From assembly GCA_963752255.1 (NCBI GenBank), contig CAVVXT010000019.1, positions 32,001 through 96,000 on the forward strand: DNA of 64,000 bases. The letters are read 5' to 3'. Below are positions 1 to 10,745 of the stretch, one piece after another. Each line of letters opens with the position of its first letter. The stretch's first letter is position 1. The translations under genes were made by a program, and so were the position numbers. The notes below the pieces were generated by a model. That model saw only the letters and a program-made list of their open reading frames with translations, was not told where the DNA came from and did no database searches. Source of the DNA: Nitrososphaeria archaeon. Lineage in GTDB: Archaea > Thermoproteota > Nitrososphaeria > JACIWG01.

Positions 1-545
1 GTGTAATTTCCAAGCAGACTGGGTCTCAAAAGAATCGACCCAACGCCAACAAATATTATGAGAAGGAGAGGAGTAAGCTTTGCGAAAGTCAGGACATCGT
101 TGAGTCGTCCGGCCGCTTTTACACCAACAATATTGATTGCGGTGAGGACTACGATGAAAATAATTCGGACTAGCAGCTGTACCCAGTAAGACAAAGGAAC
201 GAAGTACTGGAGGTAGTTCGTAAACACTATCGCAAAGACAGGAAGCGCGATGACTTCCGCGATACACATGCTCCATCCCGCGATGAACCCATAAAAATCG
301 TCAAAGGCCTCGGATACGAAGGCGAACGAGCCTCCCGCATTAGGAACATAGTAGCTACAGTACCCAAATACCATCGCCAGAACCATCGCAATTGCCCCAC
401 CGATAATCCAAACCACTATTCCAGAAGGCCCGATCAAGCCTGCGACGAGGCCGGGAACGATATAGATGTCGCTCCCGACAATTGCACCAATTACTATGTT
501 CATGAGGTCAAAATATGAAAGGTCCCGCTTTAGCCCCAAAAACAC
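1..545 (-). CDS. APC-family amino acid permease (5' part; runs off window start)
   Basis: Manual minus-strand translation: LGLKRDLSYFDLMNIVIGAIVGSDIYIVPG...PNAGGSFAFVSEAF...GFIAGWS...INIVGVKAAG, typical APC motifs; GTG at 545 after AGGT. Confidence 0.88.
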   Translation of the reverse strand, partial: MFLGLKRDLSYFDLMNIVIGAIVGSDIYIVPGLVAGLIGPSGIVVWIIGGAIAMVLAMVFGYCSYYVPNAGGSFAFVSEAFDDFYGFIAGWSMCIAEVIALPVFAIVFTNYLQYFVPLSYWVQLLVRIIFIVVLTAINIVGVKAAGRLNDVLTFAKLTPLLLIIFVGVGSILLRPSLLGNY

Positions 546-952
546 TACCTTACTGAATACCCAGCCAATTTTGCTTTAAAAAAGTTTGCAAAGAATGAAC
601 GAGCAAGTCTGCACGCGCTGACCTGAATGGGTCGGATTTCGTATAGGACTGTAGCATATTCAATCTTAAACTTAACGTCTTGAGCAAGTGTAAAACTGAG
701 AATATGTCACCTGAATCTTTGCAAATTGCGATAAAATTAGAAAACCCTAAAATAAGACCTGTATCATCATTAATCCCACCGGTTCCATTCCTAAATATAG
801 TCATTAAAGAAGAAAGTAGCAAGATAATTAAAAAACCACCTTTAACTAGTAAAGTATTCCTTTGGAAAATAAAGAAATACAACTCTGCTCCCTTTTTTTG
901 GATTTTAAAAGATAAAAGATGGTATTGACAATTAGGAGATGGCGTATGTTGT

Positions 953-1696
953 ATGCTAACAAAATATGAGCTTGAGAGGTACGATAGACAAATAAGGATA
1001 TCTGGTTTTGGCAAAGAGGGACAAGAAAAACTTAAGGAAGCACGCGTTCTTGTAGCTGGGGCTGGAGGCTTAGGTTTTCCAATTTCTGCTTATCTAGTTG
1101 CTGCTGGCATTGGGAAAATGAAAATTGTCGATAAAGATGTTGTTGAACTCAGCAATTTGAATCGGCAACTTTTGCATTGGGACAAGGATGTGGGAAGAAG
1201 AAAAGTAGAATCAGCCCGTGAAAAGCTGATTCAGATAAATTCCCGTGTAGAAGTAGACGCTATAGGCGATGTTATTACTGAAACCAACGTTCTTAATTTA
1301 GTAAGCGATGTGGACGCCATAGTAGATGCCATGGATAACTTTCCTACAAGGTTCGCTCTCAATAAAGCTGCACTGAAGAAGAGAATACCATTTTTTCACG
1401 GGGCTGTACGAGGATTTATGGGGCAAGCCACCACTATAGTCCCTGGGGAAACAGCTTGTCTGAGATGCATATTTCCAGAAGCGCCTTCGCCAGAAAAGTT
1501 TCCGATTTTAGGCTCTATAACAGGCCTAATAGGTACGATTCAAGCAACAGAAGTCGTCAAATATTTTACGGGGATTGGAAGTTTATTAAAAAATAAATTG
1601 CTCATCTACGATGGCAAATATACAAGTTTTGATATAATAGAGTTAAAAGCAAATCCGAATTGCCCTGATTGTAAAATAGGTCGCTGGGGGGATTAG
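953..1696 (+). CDS. ThiF/MoeB/UbaA-family E1-like adenylyltransferase
   Basis: RYDRQ, GAGGLG, SNLNRQ, DAMDNF, CLRC and CPDC zinc motifs. Confidence 0.93.
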   Translation: MLTKYELERYDRQIRISGFGKEGQEKLKEARVLVAGAGGLGFPISAYLVAAGIGKMKIVDKDVVELSNLNRQLLHWDKDVGRRKVESAREKLIQINSRVEVDAIGDVITETNVLNLVSDVDAIVDAMDNFPTRFALNKAALKKRIPFFHGAVRGFMGQATTIVPGETACLRCIFPEAPSPEKFPILGSITGLIGTIQATEVVKYFTGIGSLLKNKLLIYDGKYTSFDIIELKANPNCPDCKIGRWGD

Positions 1697-1768
1697 TACC
1701 TACCAAACTGTATTTTTTCCGCATATACTCGTAAAAGGATACAAAGTAAGTCCTAATTTTCAAACTTA

Positions 1769-2227
1769 TCACACGTTCTTAGGTTCGGCTCCCCCTTCCT
1801 TTTGCTTAATATATGTCTCTGCCAAATCGTACACCAATTTTTCTACACCCAATCTCAGAAAAAGGTCGTCTTTCCCATTTCGTACGGCGTCTATAGCACC
1901 ATTTACAATCTGTTCGAATTCATCGTAAAGCATAACCATTTCAGGAAGCGGCCTTGTTCTTGGCATAGGGTAGATTTTGTATCCTTTCTTTCGTTTAATG
2001 AAGCAGACGCACATGGTTTTATCTGTTTCATTCTCTAACGGGATCTTATCAGCTCGTATCTTCATCCATTTCAGATAACCTTCAAGGCCTTCGGTTAAAT
2101 CATTTCTTAGAAACTCCGTCAGCCTCCTTTCCAGCAGTTCATCAAATCCTTCGAAATTTTCTATAATGTCTTCCGATTCTTTCATGAATCGGTACAGTTC
2201 TTCTCCTACACTAGCTTTCGCTTGCAA
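1769..2227 (-). CDS. hypothetical protein, coupled to upstream coiled-coil gene
   Basis: 152-aa ORF overlapping the end of 2211..3473. Confidence 0.6.
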   Translation of the reverse strand: MQAKASVGEELYRFMKESEDIIENFEGFDELLERRLTEFLRNDLTEGLEGYLKWMKIRADKIPLENETDKTMCVCFIKRKKGYKIYPMPRTRPLPEMVMLYDEFEQIVNGAIDAVRNGKDDLFLRLGVEKLVYDLAETYIKQKEGGAEPKNV

Positions 2228-3473
2228 CCTTGAGCCACCCTAAAAGTGAAGAATTGAGACCTCTAATTTTACCCCTAGTCGCAAAGTAACCCGGATAGTT
2301 CGTATATTGTTCCAAGTACAGGTCTATTGCATTTACGAAGGTATTTGCCAGTTCGAGGACTTCACGCAGGTCATACAGGCCCTTGGGGTCTTTGAGCAAA
2401 TGAGATAACAGGTTCAACCTCTTTAAAAGGACTACTTTGTTCATGACTTTTCCTGCCTCGTTTTCAGCTGCAGTCATGTTCATCTTGAGAACATTTATTT
2501 CTCCTTCCAATTTATCCTTTCTCCTCTTAAGATCTTCAATTTCAGCTGTTTTCAATACTATTGTGCCGACATAATCTAGATCAAATTGCTTCCTCATTTT
2601 TTCATACGTTTCCTCAAGCTTTTTCGTTAGGAACCTATTCTCTTCTATTAGAATTGTTTGGTTTACGACCTGTTCATTGAGGCTTCTGAGCTTGATCTTC
2701 TCATCTTCGACCGCCTGCTCTGTAAGCCGTTTTTCGTTTCCCAAAATACGTAATGCGTTCTCCAGCTCTTGATATTCCCTTATGGCGTTAGCTAAAATTG
2801 CGGCAGCTTTATTTGGATCAAGATCAACTTTTGATAGTTCAGCGGCAAGGATTTCTGCAGTGGACAGCATGAACCCAAACTGTGATAACTTCCTGCTGTG
2901 GTCGATGAACCCGTCCAGGTTTAATGGCGTAAGTTGGTTATCCTGCATTTTAAGGCTGAGTTCCCTTAAGCGTTCAAGTTCGTACAAATGAGTTCTGATA
3001 TCCTCCTCTCTTGCCTTCAGCTCTCTTATTCGCTTCTCACTTTCCTCTAGCCTTTTCGCCTTTTCAAATGAGTCGTCGACTATTTGTTGATATGTTCTGC
3101 CAGATGTTGCCTCAAGCCTTTTCAGCCTGTCTAGGAGCGCCAGTATATTTCCAGCTTCTTTTCCATACTGGTTAAGCAGTTTTACACAGGCATCCAACTG
3201 CCCTAGACTGACGCCTAACTGGTCTAATCTTTCGAGGAATTTTTCACCCCTTAACAGGTCGATGTATGATGACTTCTGCGCTTTTATAGAAAGGAGGAAT
3301 TTTCTCAATTCATCTAGATCAGGAGCTGCTGTACGCTTCCTGTTTATTATCCCGGATACCTTCCCTATACTGACTAGAGTTTTATTCGATATTTCCCTAT
3401 AGTTGTGGCCTTCCAGCCAATACCTTAAAACGGCATCCTCCACGTCGGGCGGTATCTTCCTTACCATATTCAA
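2211..3473 (-). CDS. N-terminal HTH plus long coiled-coil protein (mobile-element type)
   Basis: N-term VLRYWLEGHNYREISNKTLVSIGKVSGII is HTH-like; the rest is heptad E/K/L-rich. Confidence 0.75.
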   Translation of the reverse strand: MNMVRKIPPDVEDAVLRYWLEGHNYREISNKTLVSIGKVSGIINRKRTAAPDLDELRKFLLSIKAQKSSYIDLLRGEKFLERLDQLGVSLGQLDACVKLLNQYGKEAGNILALLDRLKRLEATSGRTYQQIVDDSFEKAKRLEESEKRIRELKAREEDIRTHLYELERLRELSLKMQDNQLTPLNLDGFIDHSRKLSQFGFMLSTAEILAAELSKVDLDPNKAAAILANAIREYQELENALRILGNEKRLTEQAVEDEKIKLRSLNEQVVNQTILIEENRFLTKKLEETYEKMRKQFDLDYVGTIVLKTAEIEDLKRRKDKLEGEINVLKMNMTAAENEAGKVMNKVVLLKRLNLLSHLLKDPKGLYDLREVLELANTFVNAIDLYLEQYTNYPGYFATRGKIRGLNSSLLGWLKVASES

Positions 3474-3483
3474 ATAATAGTAG

Positions 3484-3531
3484 TGTTCATATATTTATTT
3501 TTTTGTTCATTTGGTTCATAAAATTGTTCAT
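3484..3531. promoter_or_regulatory. four (T/G)GTTCAT direct repeats upstream of the HTH/coiled-coil gene; putative operator
   Basis: gtgttcat, ttgttcat, tggttcat, ttgttcat within 50 bp; inverted copy atgaacaa near 3637. Confidence 0.4.
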
Positions 3532-3968
3532 ATGATTGCAAAATTGTCGCAGGACGTTTTTCTGGGGCATCTCCCTGGGGCTTTTCCCAGTGGCATACTC
3601 GCACATTTTTAGGGTCTTAACCGATACATAAGACATATGAACAAGCCTAGCATAATATGGCTATCATTATCCTGACGATTATTATAGACATATTGTAGTT
3701 CCTGCAGATCAAAAATAATCCTTTAGAAATATTTTTTAAAAAAGTTTGACAGTATTTTTTATAAAGGATTGGCTTTTTCTTTATGGTGGAATGTTGCCAT
3801 CTAAAATAGGTATATATGATACTATACATAGGTTCTTAATTTAAGGCTGGAAATCGATAGTGCTGCAGTTAGAAGGGAAGTCCAGATACGCAATGAGATG
3901 GAAGGATATTATCAAACTTTACTCAGAAAAGAGTTGTACGTAAAGTATGATGATGAAAATAAATTATA

Positions 3969-4009
3969 GTGCGGGGGGTGGGATTCGCGCATTAATCTAC
4001 CAGTAGATT
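3969..4009 (-). mobile_element. tRNA-Leu-like 3'-end fragment plus palindrome; relic att site
   Basis: Reverse complement CGAATCCCACCCCCCGCAC matches archaeal tRNA-Leu T-arm/acceptor end; adjacent TAATCTACCAGTAGATTA. Confidence 0.65.
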
Positions 4010-4163
4010 ATCAGACAGCACGCGGGGAGCAAGTTAGATGGGAACTATTCCTTCATCTGGGACAATACCAGGGCGTCAGCTGAGTTCATCTGTGCAGAAC
4101 ATGGAGCATCCTCTACTGCGATGCAGGAAAAAGCGGGACGATTGAGGGATGCGGAAGGTTAAC

Positions 4164-4664
4164 TCAAGGATTGCCAACGTTGCGCCGCGATGACATCCTC
4201 CTGGCGATCCACCTAATGAGTAGCATGGACGCTCCCATGAACAACGAAATGAAAGACCCCTGCCCTATGGAGTAGCCAAGAGGCTGGCCAAGCGCAAGGT
4301 ATGAAACCACTCCGAAAGAAATGAAGGCAGATATCATCCAGATCAGGATGAACACGTTGGAGATGGAGTCGGCGACCCCAGTCTTCCTCTGACCCGCTTG
4401 GTCTCTAGCAGCTGCACTTGACTCTATGATTCGGACCGCCACCAAGGCTTCCTTCCCTTCATCGGAAAGCCGATAGTTCCCTTCAGGATCGAGGACAATC
4501 AACCCTTCCAGTTTCTTCAGGTGGTAGTCCAAGTTGCCGCTGCTGGAGATTCCCAGCTCATTCTTCAGCTTTCCAAAGCTCAGGGGAGTGGACTCGAGAA
4601 CTTCCAGAACCCTGATTCGCGTAGGATGGGCGATCTTCTCAAAGAGCTCGGCTGAGCTGGACAT
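4164..4664 (-). CDS. ArsR-like winged-helix regulator with C-terminal TM helices
   Basis: IAHPTRIRVLEVL...SSSGNLDYHLKKL...YRLSDEG; two hydrophobic C-terminal segments. Confidence 0.85.
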   Translation of the reverse strand: MSSSAELFEKIAHPTRIRVLEVLESTPLSFGKLKNELGISSSGNLDYHLKKLEGLIVLDPEGNYRLSDEGKEALVAVRIIESSAAARDQAGQRKTGVADSISNVFILIWMISAFISFGVVSYLALGQPLGYSIGQGSFISLFMGASMLLIRWIARRMSSRRNVGNP

Positions 4665-4902
4665 TGCCTCTCAGGGTGCTCTACGGTTCGAAGCTATTTA
4701 ATTCCTCTATCCTTGACCAGAAGTCAACAGTTCGAGACGAGTGGTTGGAATCGTTTGTCATATTAGGTTTTACAGCTGAATTTTTATAGCGATCATGTCC
4801 CACCAAAGAACTTTTGACTTAAGACCAAGCAGAATGCCAACTTAAGCAACTGTCAATTATATCTCTGTAAAGTATTAATATCATATATATGTAAAATGAA
4901 CT

Positions 4903-5535
4903 ATGGCAGATCTTCCAGAAGGGCATATTACAAGAGAGGTCTATGAAGCCAGTAGAAAACTCATCAAAGAAGCTGAGATAGCTCTTAAAAGAGGATGGTT
5001 GATCGCTGCCATCTGTGATATTTTTGGTCATAATGATCGACATGGAGCGATAGAGGCTTTCCAGCATTGCATAGAACTTAGTCTAAAATCAATGTGGACT
5101 ATTGTTGGCTTCAAATACCCAAAGGATCATAATCCAACTAAGAAATTTGAAAAAGTTGAGCAACGTTTCTTCAAATTATTACCTTATACAAAAGAAGACC
5201 CAAACTTCCCTAAGTTTTCAGATTGGGTTAGGTCAAAGGGGCGTGCCATGAAGGCTCTCCATGAGCAGACTATATATGGGGATGAAGAGAAAGGGAAGTC
5301 CGCCTCAGAGCTCTTCGACTATAACGAAATGATGCAATGGGCAGACGATGCTATTCTAATTCATCAAATTGTGTTCGGTGAGATCAAAACCATAGGCTGG
5401 AAAAATAAATTGCTGACCCCAGACGAAATCAAAGAAATGGAGCAGATATATGACAGTGTCCAGAAATGGAAGAATATACCCGCACTTGCAGATGCACTCG
5501 ATAATTACTTGGACAGAAGGTTTAAAGCAAGTTAA
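4903..5535 (+). CDS. HEPN-domain protein
   Basis: AFQHCIELSLKS...YPKDHNP...RAMKALH...IYGDE; HEPN pattern with Rx5H. Confidence 0.75.
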   Translation: MADLPEGHITREVYEASRKLIKEAEIALKRGWLIAAICDIFGHNDRHGAIEAFQHCIELSLKSMWTIVGFKYPKDHNPTKKFEKVEQRFFKLLPYTKEDPNFPKFSDWVRSKGRAMKALHEQTIYGDEEKGKSASELFDYNEMMQWADDAILIHQIVFGEIKTIGWKNKLLTPDEIKEMEQIYDSVQKWKNIPALADALDNYLDRRFKAS

Positions 5536-5859
5536 GGGCTGTCAGTATCTTAAGATCCTAGAACATAAGATTGAATCCTAGTACCTGTCCCGTAGTTGTA
5601 TTCTCCACATCTCATCCTTCTTGGCCTTTTCCTTTTGCTTCTCAGCTATTCCGTTTCGCCTCTACAATTTACGGGCTAGTTAGATTTCTCCTAGGTTAAT
5701 ATAATATTCTAAAGATCTCTTTATCCCGTATGACATTTTCATTATGCTTTATTTCAAGATATGAAAACCGCTAGGAGGATAAAAAGATTGTGTTAAACGC
5801 CCTATTTAAGGTCTTGGGATTTATTCATAAATAAAATATTCTAATTTAAATGCGGAAGA

Positions 5860-5876
5860 TGCTCCGGCCGGTATTT
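5860..5876 (-). mobile_element. tRNA-Glu-like 3'-end fragment (att relic)
   Basis: Reverse complement AAATACCGGCCGGAGCA vs typical archaeal tRNA-Glu end AAATCCCGGCCGGAGCA. Confidence 0.45.
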
Positions 5877-6031
5877 ACACTAAAATCGGTATAAATCTAT
5901 TAATGCCATATTGTTCTTTGTCTATCAAAACATCATCCTTTTTGATTCTGAAATAGTCTCGTTGATTAAACTACTTTTCTTATATCAGATAATAAATGAT
6001 CATTGAATGTTATGGAGACCCTTACATGTCA

Positions 6032-7436
6032 TTATAAGAAATATTCCTTCGGTATTTCAAGAATTCGTTGGACAATGACTGATGTGTATTTGACATCTTC
6101 TAGTCGCAGAGTAACAATAGCTTTGTTACTAGCAGATGTCTCTCCTTCTGTTTTACGCATATATTTTGGAAAATCTCTAGCAATCCTAATCCATGGAACA
6201 TTAACTAACGTTGGAATGTCGAGCCTATTCCAAAATGAAGAATTTGTTGCCAAGTTATCATCTTCAACAAAGTTCTTTGCTACTTCCCATTTCGACGGTG
6301 TGAATCTATCATTTTCGTTTGCTACTACAACAATATTAGACACAAAATCCTTTATTCTACGAAAATTTTTTTTCATGAAGGTTTTATATTTGAGAACATA
6401 GTCCTTATGCTTTAAATAATCATCTTCATCGCTTCCCACATGTGCGATCTCCGCTCTTCTGAGATATTTGCGCCATCCCTTAGACATATTGTTCAAATCT
6501 GATTTAAAAATGGAGGAACTATGATCCATTTCTTCTAAAACCTTTAGCATATTATCAATCCTTGTTGAAGAAGGTGGATGGCCTGAAAGTAAGTCACAAT
6601 AGGTCCAAGGTTCGTATGTTAAGAATAAAAGCGGACTTGCTGGACCAACCATTATGACACTTGCAATATCACAAAGAATTTCTGTGAATTGGCCCACAAT
6701 ATGACTTAAATCATATGAACTAGCTTCTATCTAGAGGTCTACTTATTAATGCAGTTGAAAGATCTTCGAGAGGTTGCCTAAGTTCTGTGAAGACATCAGA
6801 GTAGATTTGCGTCAATTTCTGATGGGATGCTTCATGGGCAGCAGCGGCCCAACGTCTGGATCGCATAACATCCAAGTTTGGGACTCCAAAAACAAGAAGA
6901 AATCTTCCGGCAATTCTAAAATCTTGATTTGGGATACGCGCAGAAAAATCAAGAATGTCAGTTCCCGTGTGGAAAACATGAACAAAGCTATCACTTGGAC
7001 CAAAAATTGATTTCAGAAAAAACTTGAATACATGATCTAATGCTAAGAAGCACTTATCGATCTTTAGATTCTTTTTATTAAGAAAATTGATAAATTCATT
7101 ATTAAAGCGAATTTGGGATGAACTTCTCCTACGTACTGCTTCATCTTCAAAAAAAGAAAAAAGGGCTTGACCACGCGTAGTCAGTTTTTCCAGTTCAGCT
7201 AAGTCATGAAACAATTGCCGACTACTTCTGTAAGAGGACCTAGTAATTCTTTCAGCAATATTTATTAGCTCAACGGATGTAGGACTCATTAATTCTGAAA
7301 TGCTCGTAGCGTCCATAAAATCTGATTTTCTTATAATTTTATAAGAAGATCTGATTTTCTTTGCAATGTACATTGCATTTTCGACGCATTGATACCAGTA
7401 TTCATCAATATGAAAATCAGCGTTTTTAAAGGCCAT
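6032..7436 (-). pseudogene. gluzincin-like metalloprotein split by a frameshift near 6730 (ORFs 6720..7436 and 6032..6697)
   Basis: HEASH in the first ORF, EILCDIASVIMVGP in the second; second frame is open back to 6730 and overlaps the end of the first. Confidence 0.6.
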
Positions 7437-7445
7437 TAATACCAG

Positions 7446-7772
7446 TTATTTTTTCAGGAACTTTCTTAAACTATAATATCCACTTTTTTTATTATAGCTT
7501 ACGAAATTATGCTCTATGTATCCATTCAGTACATCATCAAAAAATCTTTTGGTATATAGCTTTCCGGACATTTCAATGGCTTCTTTTCTTAGTTGTTCCT
7601 TCTTCAGAACTCCTGACTTGCTCAAAATGCGTATAATACTTTCGCCTAAACTGGGTACAAGGATCTCTTCACCTACATTATAATAAGTTGGCGTCTTCTC
7701 TTTGGCGCGGTCAATAGATGCTTCTTTTGCGGCTTCTACGAATTTATCCTCGATATTAAGATCCCTTTTCAC
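7446..7772 (-). CDS. small winged-helix-like hypothetical protein
   Basis: IIRILSKSGVLKKEQL...FVSYNKKSGYYSL; 9 bp upstream of the peptidase-like gene. Confidence 0.6.
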   Translation of the reverse strand: MKRDLNIEDKFVEAAKEASIDRAKEKTPTYYNVGEEILVPSLGESIIRILSKSGVLKKEQLRKEAIEMSGKLYTKRFFDDVLNGYIEHNFVSYNKKSGYYSLRKFLKK

Positions 7773-8062
7773 TTTTGCTCAATAATATTATGGGGAAGAT
7801 GTATAAATACCTTTTGCCAAATTGTTCTATTACCTCTCCGGTTGGCTTATGTTGGTGTTACTTTTCGGTTGATAACTTCCAGATGTTTTCGTTAACATGC
7901 GGTCGTTAATTTTCCTGAGTTCCTTGTAAACTTTATCCAATTCCTTTCCCTTCTCAACAATTTGCTCATATTTACCTGAACTCAAAGTGATAACGCCTTT
8001 AACACGGATGGATTCGATTAATTTTTCTAAGTAAGGATTACTTGTGCATATTAGAAGATTGG

Positions 8063-8380
8063 TTAGAGTAGGCCAGAAAAGAAGTTCACAAGCCTCTCCT
8101 TTTTCCTGTAGACCTCCGCCTCCTTACTCTTTATCAAGACGTTTACAAGCTCGACAAAAGGGCTGATAACCTGCTCTGTGATACAATAGTCCACAAATTC
8201 ATGCTTGAGAGTCCGAACAGCCTCATCAGGATCTGAGTCGTAGACGAAAATAGTGCTTCCTCTTACTTCACCGTGGACATCCTTGCTTTCATCAGGGATC
8301 CACTGACCTTTAAGTTGCTGTTTAGACATGTCACGCTTTGAAGTCTTTTCAATTCCCTTTCAAGCTCACCGTGAACATCT
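8063..8380 (-). pseudogene. small HExx-type hypothetical protein, frameshifted near 8303
   Basis: ELERELKRLQSVTCLNSNLKV in one frame continues as WIPDESKDVHGEVRGSTIFVYD...TLKHEFVDY in another. Confidence 0.5.
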
Positions 8381-8445
8381 TTGACTTCCAGACCTTTTCC
8401 AGCTTTTTTCTACCTTCTGGACCTTACAGGGACGCCTTGGCTTCA

Positions 8446-8831
8446 TCATCTTGCATCAACCTTCTGCGCGGAAAGTTCCTTTGCCAATATGTCGAGCGCA
8501 CGTTTTAGCTGCTCTAGGGTAGGCTCTTCCTCTAAGGAAATGCTCTTGGAGAACAGGGGATGCTGGTGTACTGCCTTTTTAATAGGGTCCCAATGGTATT
8601 GGACGACCCTGATCAGGTAGAGCGTCATCGAAAACCATCCCCGTATTCTTGTACATCAGGCTTCTCGTAACAGAAGTGGGATGGTAAGGCGACATTCTTT
8701 GCCTTCCTCCTGTAGAACACGTTGTAATGCGTCTTTCTAAAAAACTCGTATAGGAGACCTTTTCTTACACGAACATGTATGGCGGTATCTGTAATTGTAC
8801 CAAACTCAGCGGATGTTCCTAAAGGTGCCAT
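8446..8831 (-). CDS. two small hypothetical ORFs (8625..8831, 8446..8628), possibly a decayed paralog of 9140..9928
   Basis: RKGLLYEFFRKTHYNVFYRRKAK resembles RRGLLSRVLNRKCYGLFYREKAK. Confidence 0.4.
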
Positions 8832-9139
8832 ACTTGCTCGATAAAAAAAGAAAATGAGGTTGCTTTTTAGTATATATTTTTCGTTTCAATGATCCGCCAG
8901 AGCATTTTTGAACCATCTAACAACATGCTGAATAATATAACAATACGTCGGTTAATATAACAACACGTTTGTTAATAGGGATCTTCAAAAGGCGAATTAC
9001 ATCTACCTTTCAATGGAAGCGTACTTAAATTGAATTGGAGTTGTAACTAAACGATCTTTGCTTTACATTTCTCAACGGGTTCGTCCATATTTAGCTCTGC
9101 CCTACCATTTTCCACTAAAATCTTCTCATCCAATAACAT

Positions 9140-9928
9140 TTATCTTGCAATTCCTTCTGTTACGTTCTGAATTATGCCATAGACAATCGCCCATGGTATT
9201 ACATCAATCTCATATTCCATACTAGAATAGGCCATCGACTGCCTCCGTATTGGAAAATCAGGAAGTGCCTGCCATGGGAACGACACATTCGACATTGAAG
9301 AAGCCATTGCTGACCACATGTTAATCATCGCACTCCCAAAGGCTTTGACTGCTTCTTCATAGACTTTAGACTGTAATGCGAAGACCTTATCTGCTTGGAT
9401 AAGGTCGTTGGACGTTGAAGCTACAGTTTTACGAGGATAAAACAAATACAACATTTCGTCTAATTTCCTTAAAGCCTCAAACGTATTCTGAAGGGGTTCG
9501 ACTGCTTCATCAGCCACCTTCGCTAGCCGTTCAAATACAGATTTTTCATTATTTTCTCGCTCCACAAAAGCCCTGTGCCTTCGGACAACCCATACAGGGT
9601 CTCCCTTTGGTCTCCCGCGCGCATCGGTTTCCTGTAGCCACCACGTCCTATTCGGGTCAAGTTCTCCGAAGTATAAGTCTATTTCGTACTGTGACACAGG
9701 GCGGTCGAACATTTCAGCCATGTGAGCGTTCGGGTCTTTCGTGATAGACAAAGCGTGAGACGTGCTTTTTGCCTTTTCCCTGTAGAACAGGCCGTAACAT
9801 TTTCTATTAAGAACTCGAGATAGAAGACCTCTTCTCTTTGAAGTGGGTGTTACCTGAGGAAATACTCCGCCATCCGCTTTCCCATTTGTACTTTTTTGTT
9901 TATTCTCCATTGTTATAAGGTCATACAC
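9140..9928 (-). CDS. hypothetical protein
   Basis: 262-aa ORF; no recognisable family. Confidence 0.6.
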   Translation of the reverse strand: MYDLITMENKQKSTNGKADGGVFPQVTPTSKRRGLLSRVLNRKCYGLFYREKAKSTSHALSITKDPNAHMAEMFDRPVSQYEIDLYFGELDPNRTWWLQETDARGRPKGDPVWVVRRHRAFVERENNEKSVFERLAKVADEAVEPLQNTFEALRKLDEMLYLFYPRKTVASTSNDLIQADKVFALQSKVYEEAVKAFGSAMINMWSAMASSMSNVSFPWQALPDFPIRRQSMAYSSMEYEIDVIPWAIVYGIIQNVTEGIAR

Positions 9929-10031
9929 GCTTACTTTTTAGTATGTGTTGAACATTGTTGCAGTTGTTGAACGATTTTGAAATTGTTTCACAAACCTATA
10001 TCACAATAGATGGTATACATGGCTATCTTGT

Positions 10032-10593
10032 GTTTCAAATCCTTATAGGTATTCTACAAACTTTTATATATAATTGATTTGGTTCATCCCTTTGTTTATT
10101 TCAAATCCTTATAGGTATTCTACGAACATAACATTGATTTCATCTGGGATGTGCAGAATGCTGCGTTTCAAATCCTTATAGGTATTCTACGAACATAACA
10201 TTGATTTCATCTGGGATGTGCAGAATGCTGCGTTTCAAATCCTTATAGGTATTCTACAAACACGCAACCGACTATATGGCAGAGCAAGCCTACCAGTTGT
10301 TTCAAATCCTTATAGGTATTCTACAAACGCATACGTTGTGATTCCTGCGATGGGATTTTTCTTGTTTCAAATCCTTTTAGGTATTCTACAAACGAGACAC
10401 CGAACTCTTTTAACGCTACACCTACGATCATGTTTCAAATCCTTTTAGGTATTCTACAAACCTTTACACCATACAATACATTTACTGTAACACCATAGTT
10501 TCAAATCCTTATAGGTATTCTACAAACAGTAACCACTTACGCTACTGTATGGGAAAAGGAAGTGTTTCAAATCCTTCTAGGTATTCTAAAAAC
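10032..10593 (-). CRISPR. CRISPR array 1: 9 repeats (30 bp, GTTTGTAGAATACCTATAAGGATTTGAAAC on minus), 8 spacers of 35-38 bp
   Basis: Repeats start at 10032, 10098, 10165, 10232, 10299, 10364, 10432, 10498, 10564; GAAAC 3' end and leader on the right give minus orientation. Confidence 0.98.
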
Positions 10594-10745
10594 TGGCGTA
10601 AATTATGTTCATTTCCACATTTTAAACCTTTTTCCAAGCCAATAATCCAAATGTCCAATGTCGACCCATAAAAGCGTGATACATGAGCGTAGACCGACGG
10701 AACGTTTTTATTATCCTAACAGGCCATAAAGAAACTATAATGCGA
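10594..10745 (-). promoter_or_regulatory. CRISPR leader of array 1, also the divergent upstream region of cas6
   Basis: AT-rich with a TTTAAAA box; exact inverted copy at 17470-17621. Confidence 0.9.

Noticed and set aside
550-1014. Overlapping ORFs 550..1014 (-) and 680..928 (+)
   Set aside because: No recognisable motifs; cannot tell which, if either, is real.
3969-3987. Complete tRNA gene here or at 18207, 41058, 45284
   Set aside because: Only T-arm/acceptor 3' fragments are present; no D or anticodon arms.
10062-10097. Spacer sharing ATTTGGTTCAT with 3509-3519 (possible self-targeting)
   Set aside because: Only 11 nt in AT-rich sequence; no full protospacer seen by eye, and an exhaustive search was not possible.
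10218-10448. 76-aa ORF inside array 1, and ORF 17402..17593 over leader 2
   Set aside because: Translations of CRISPR repeats and leader, not genes.
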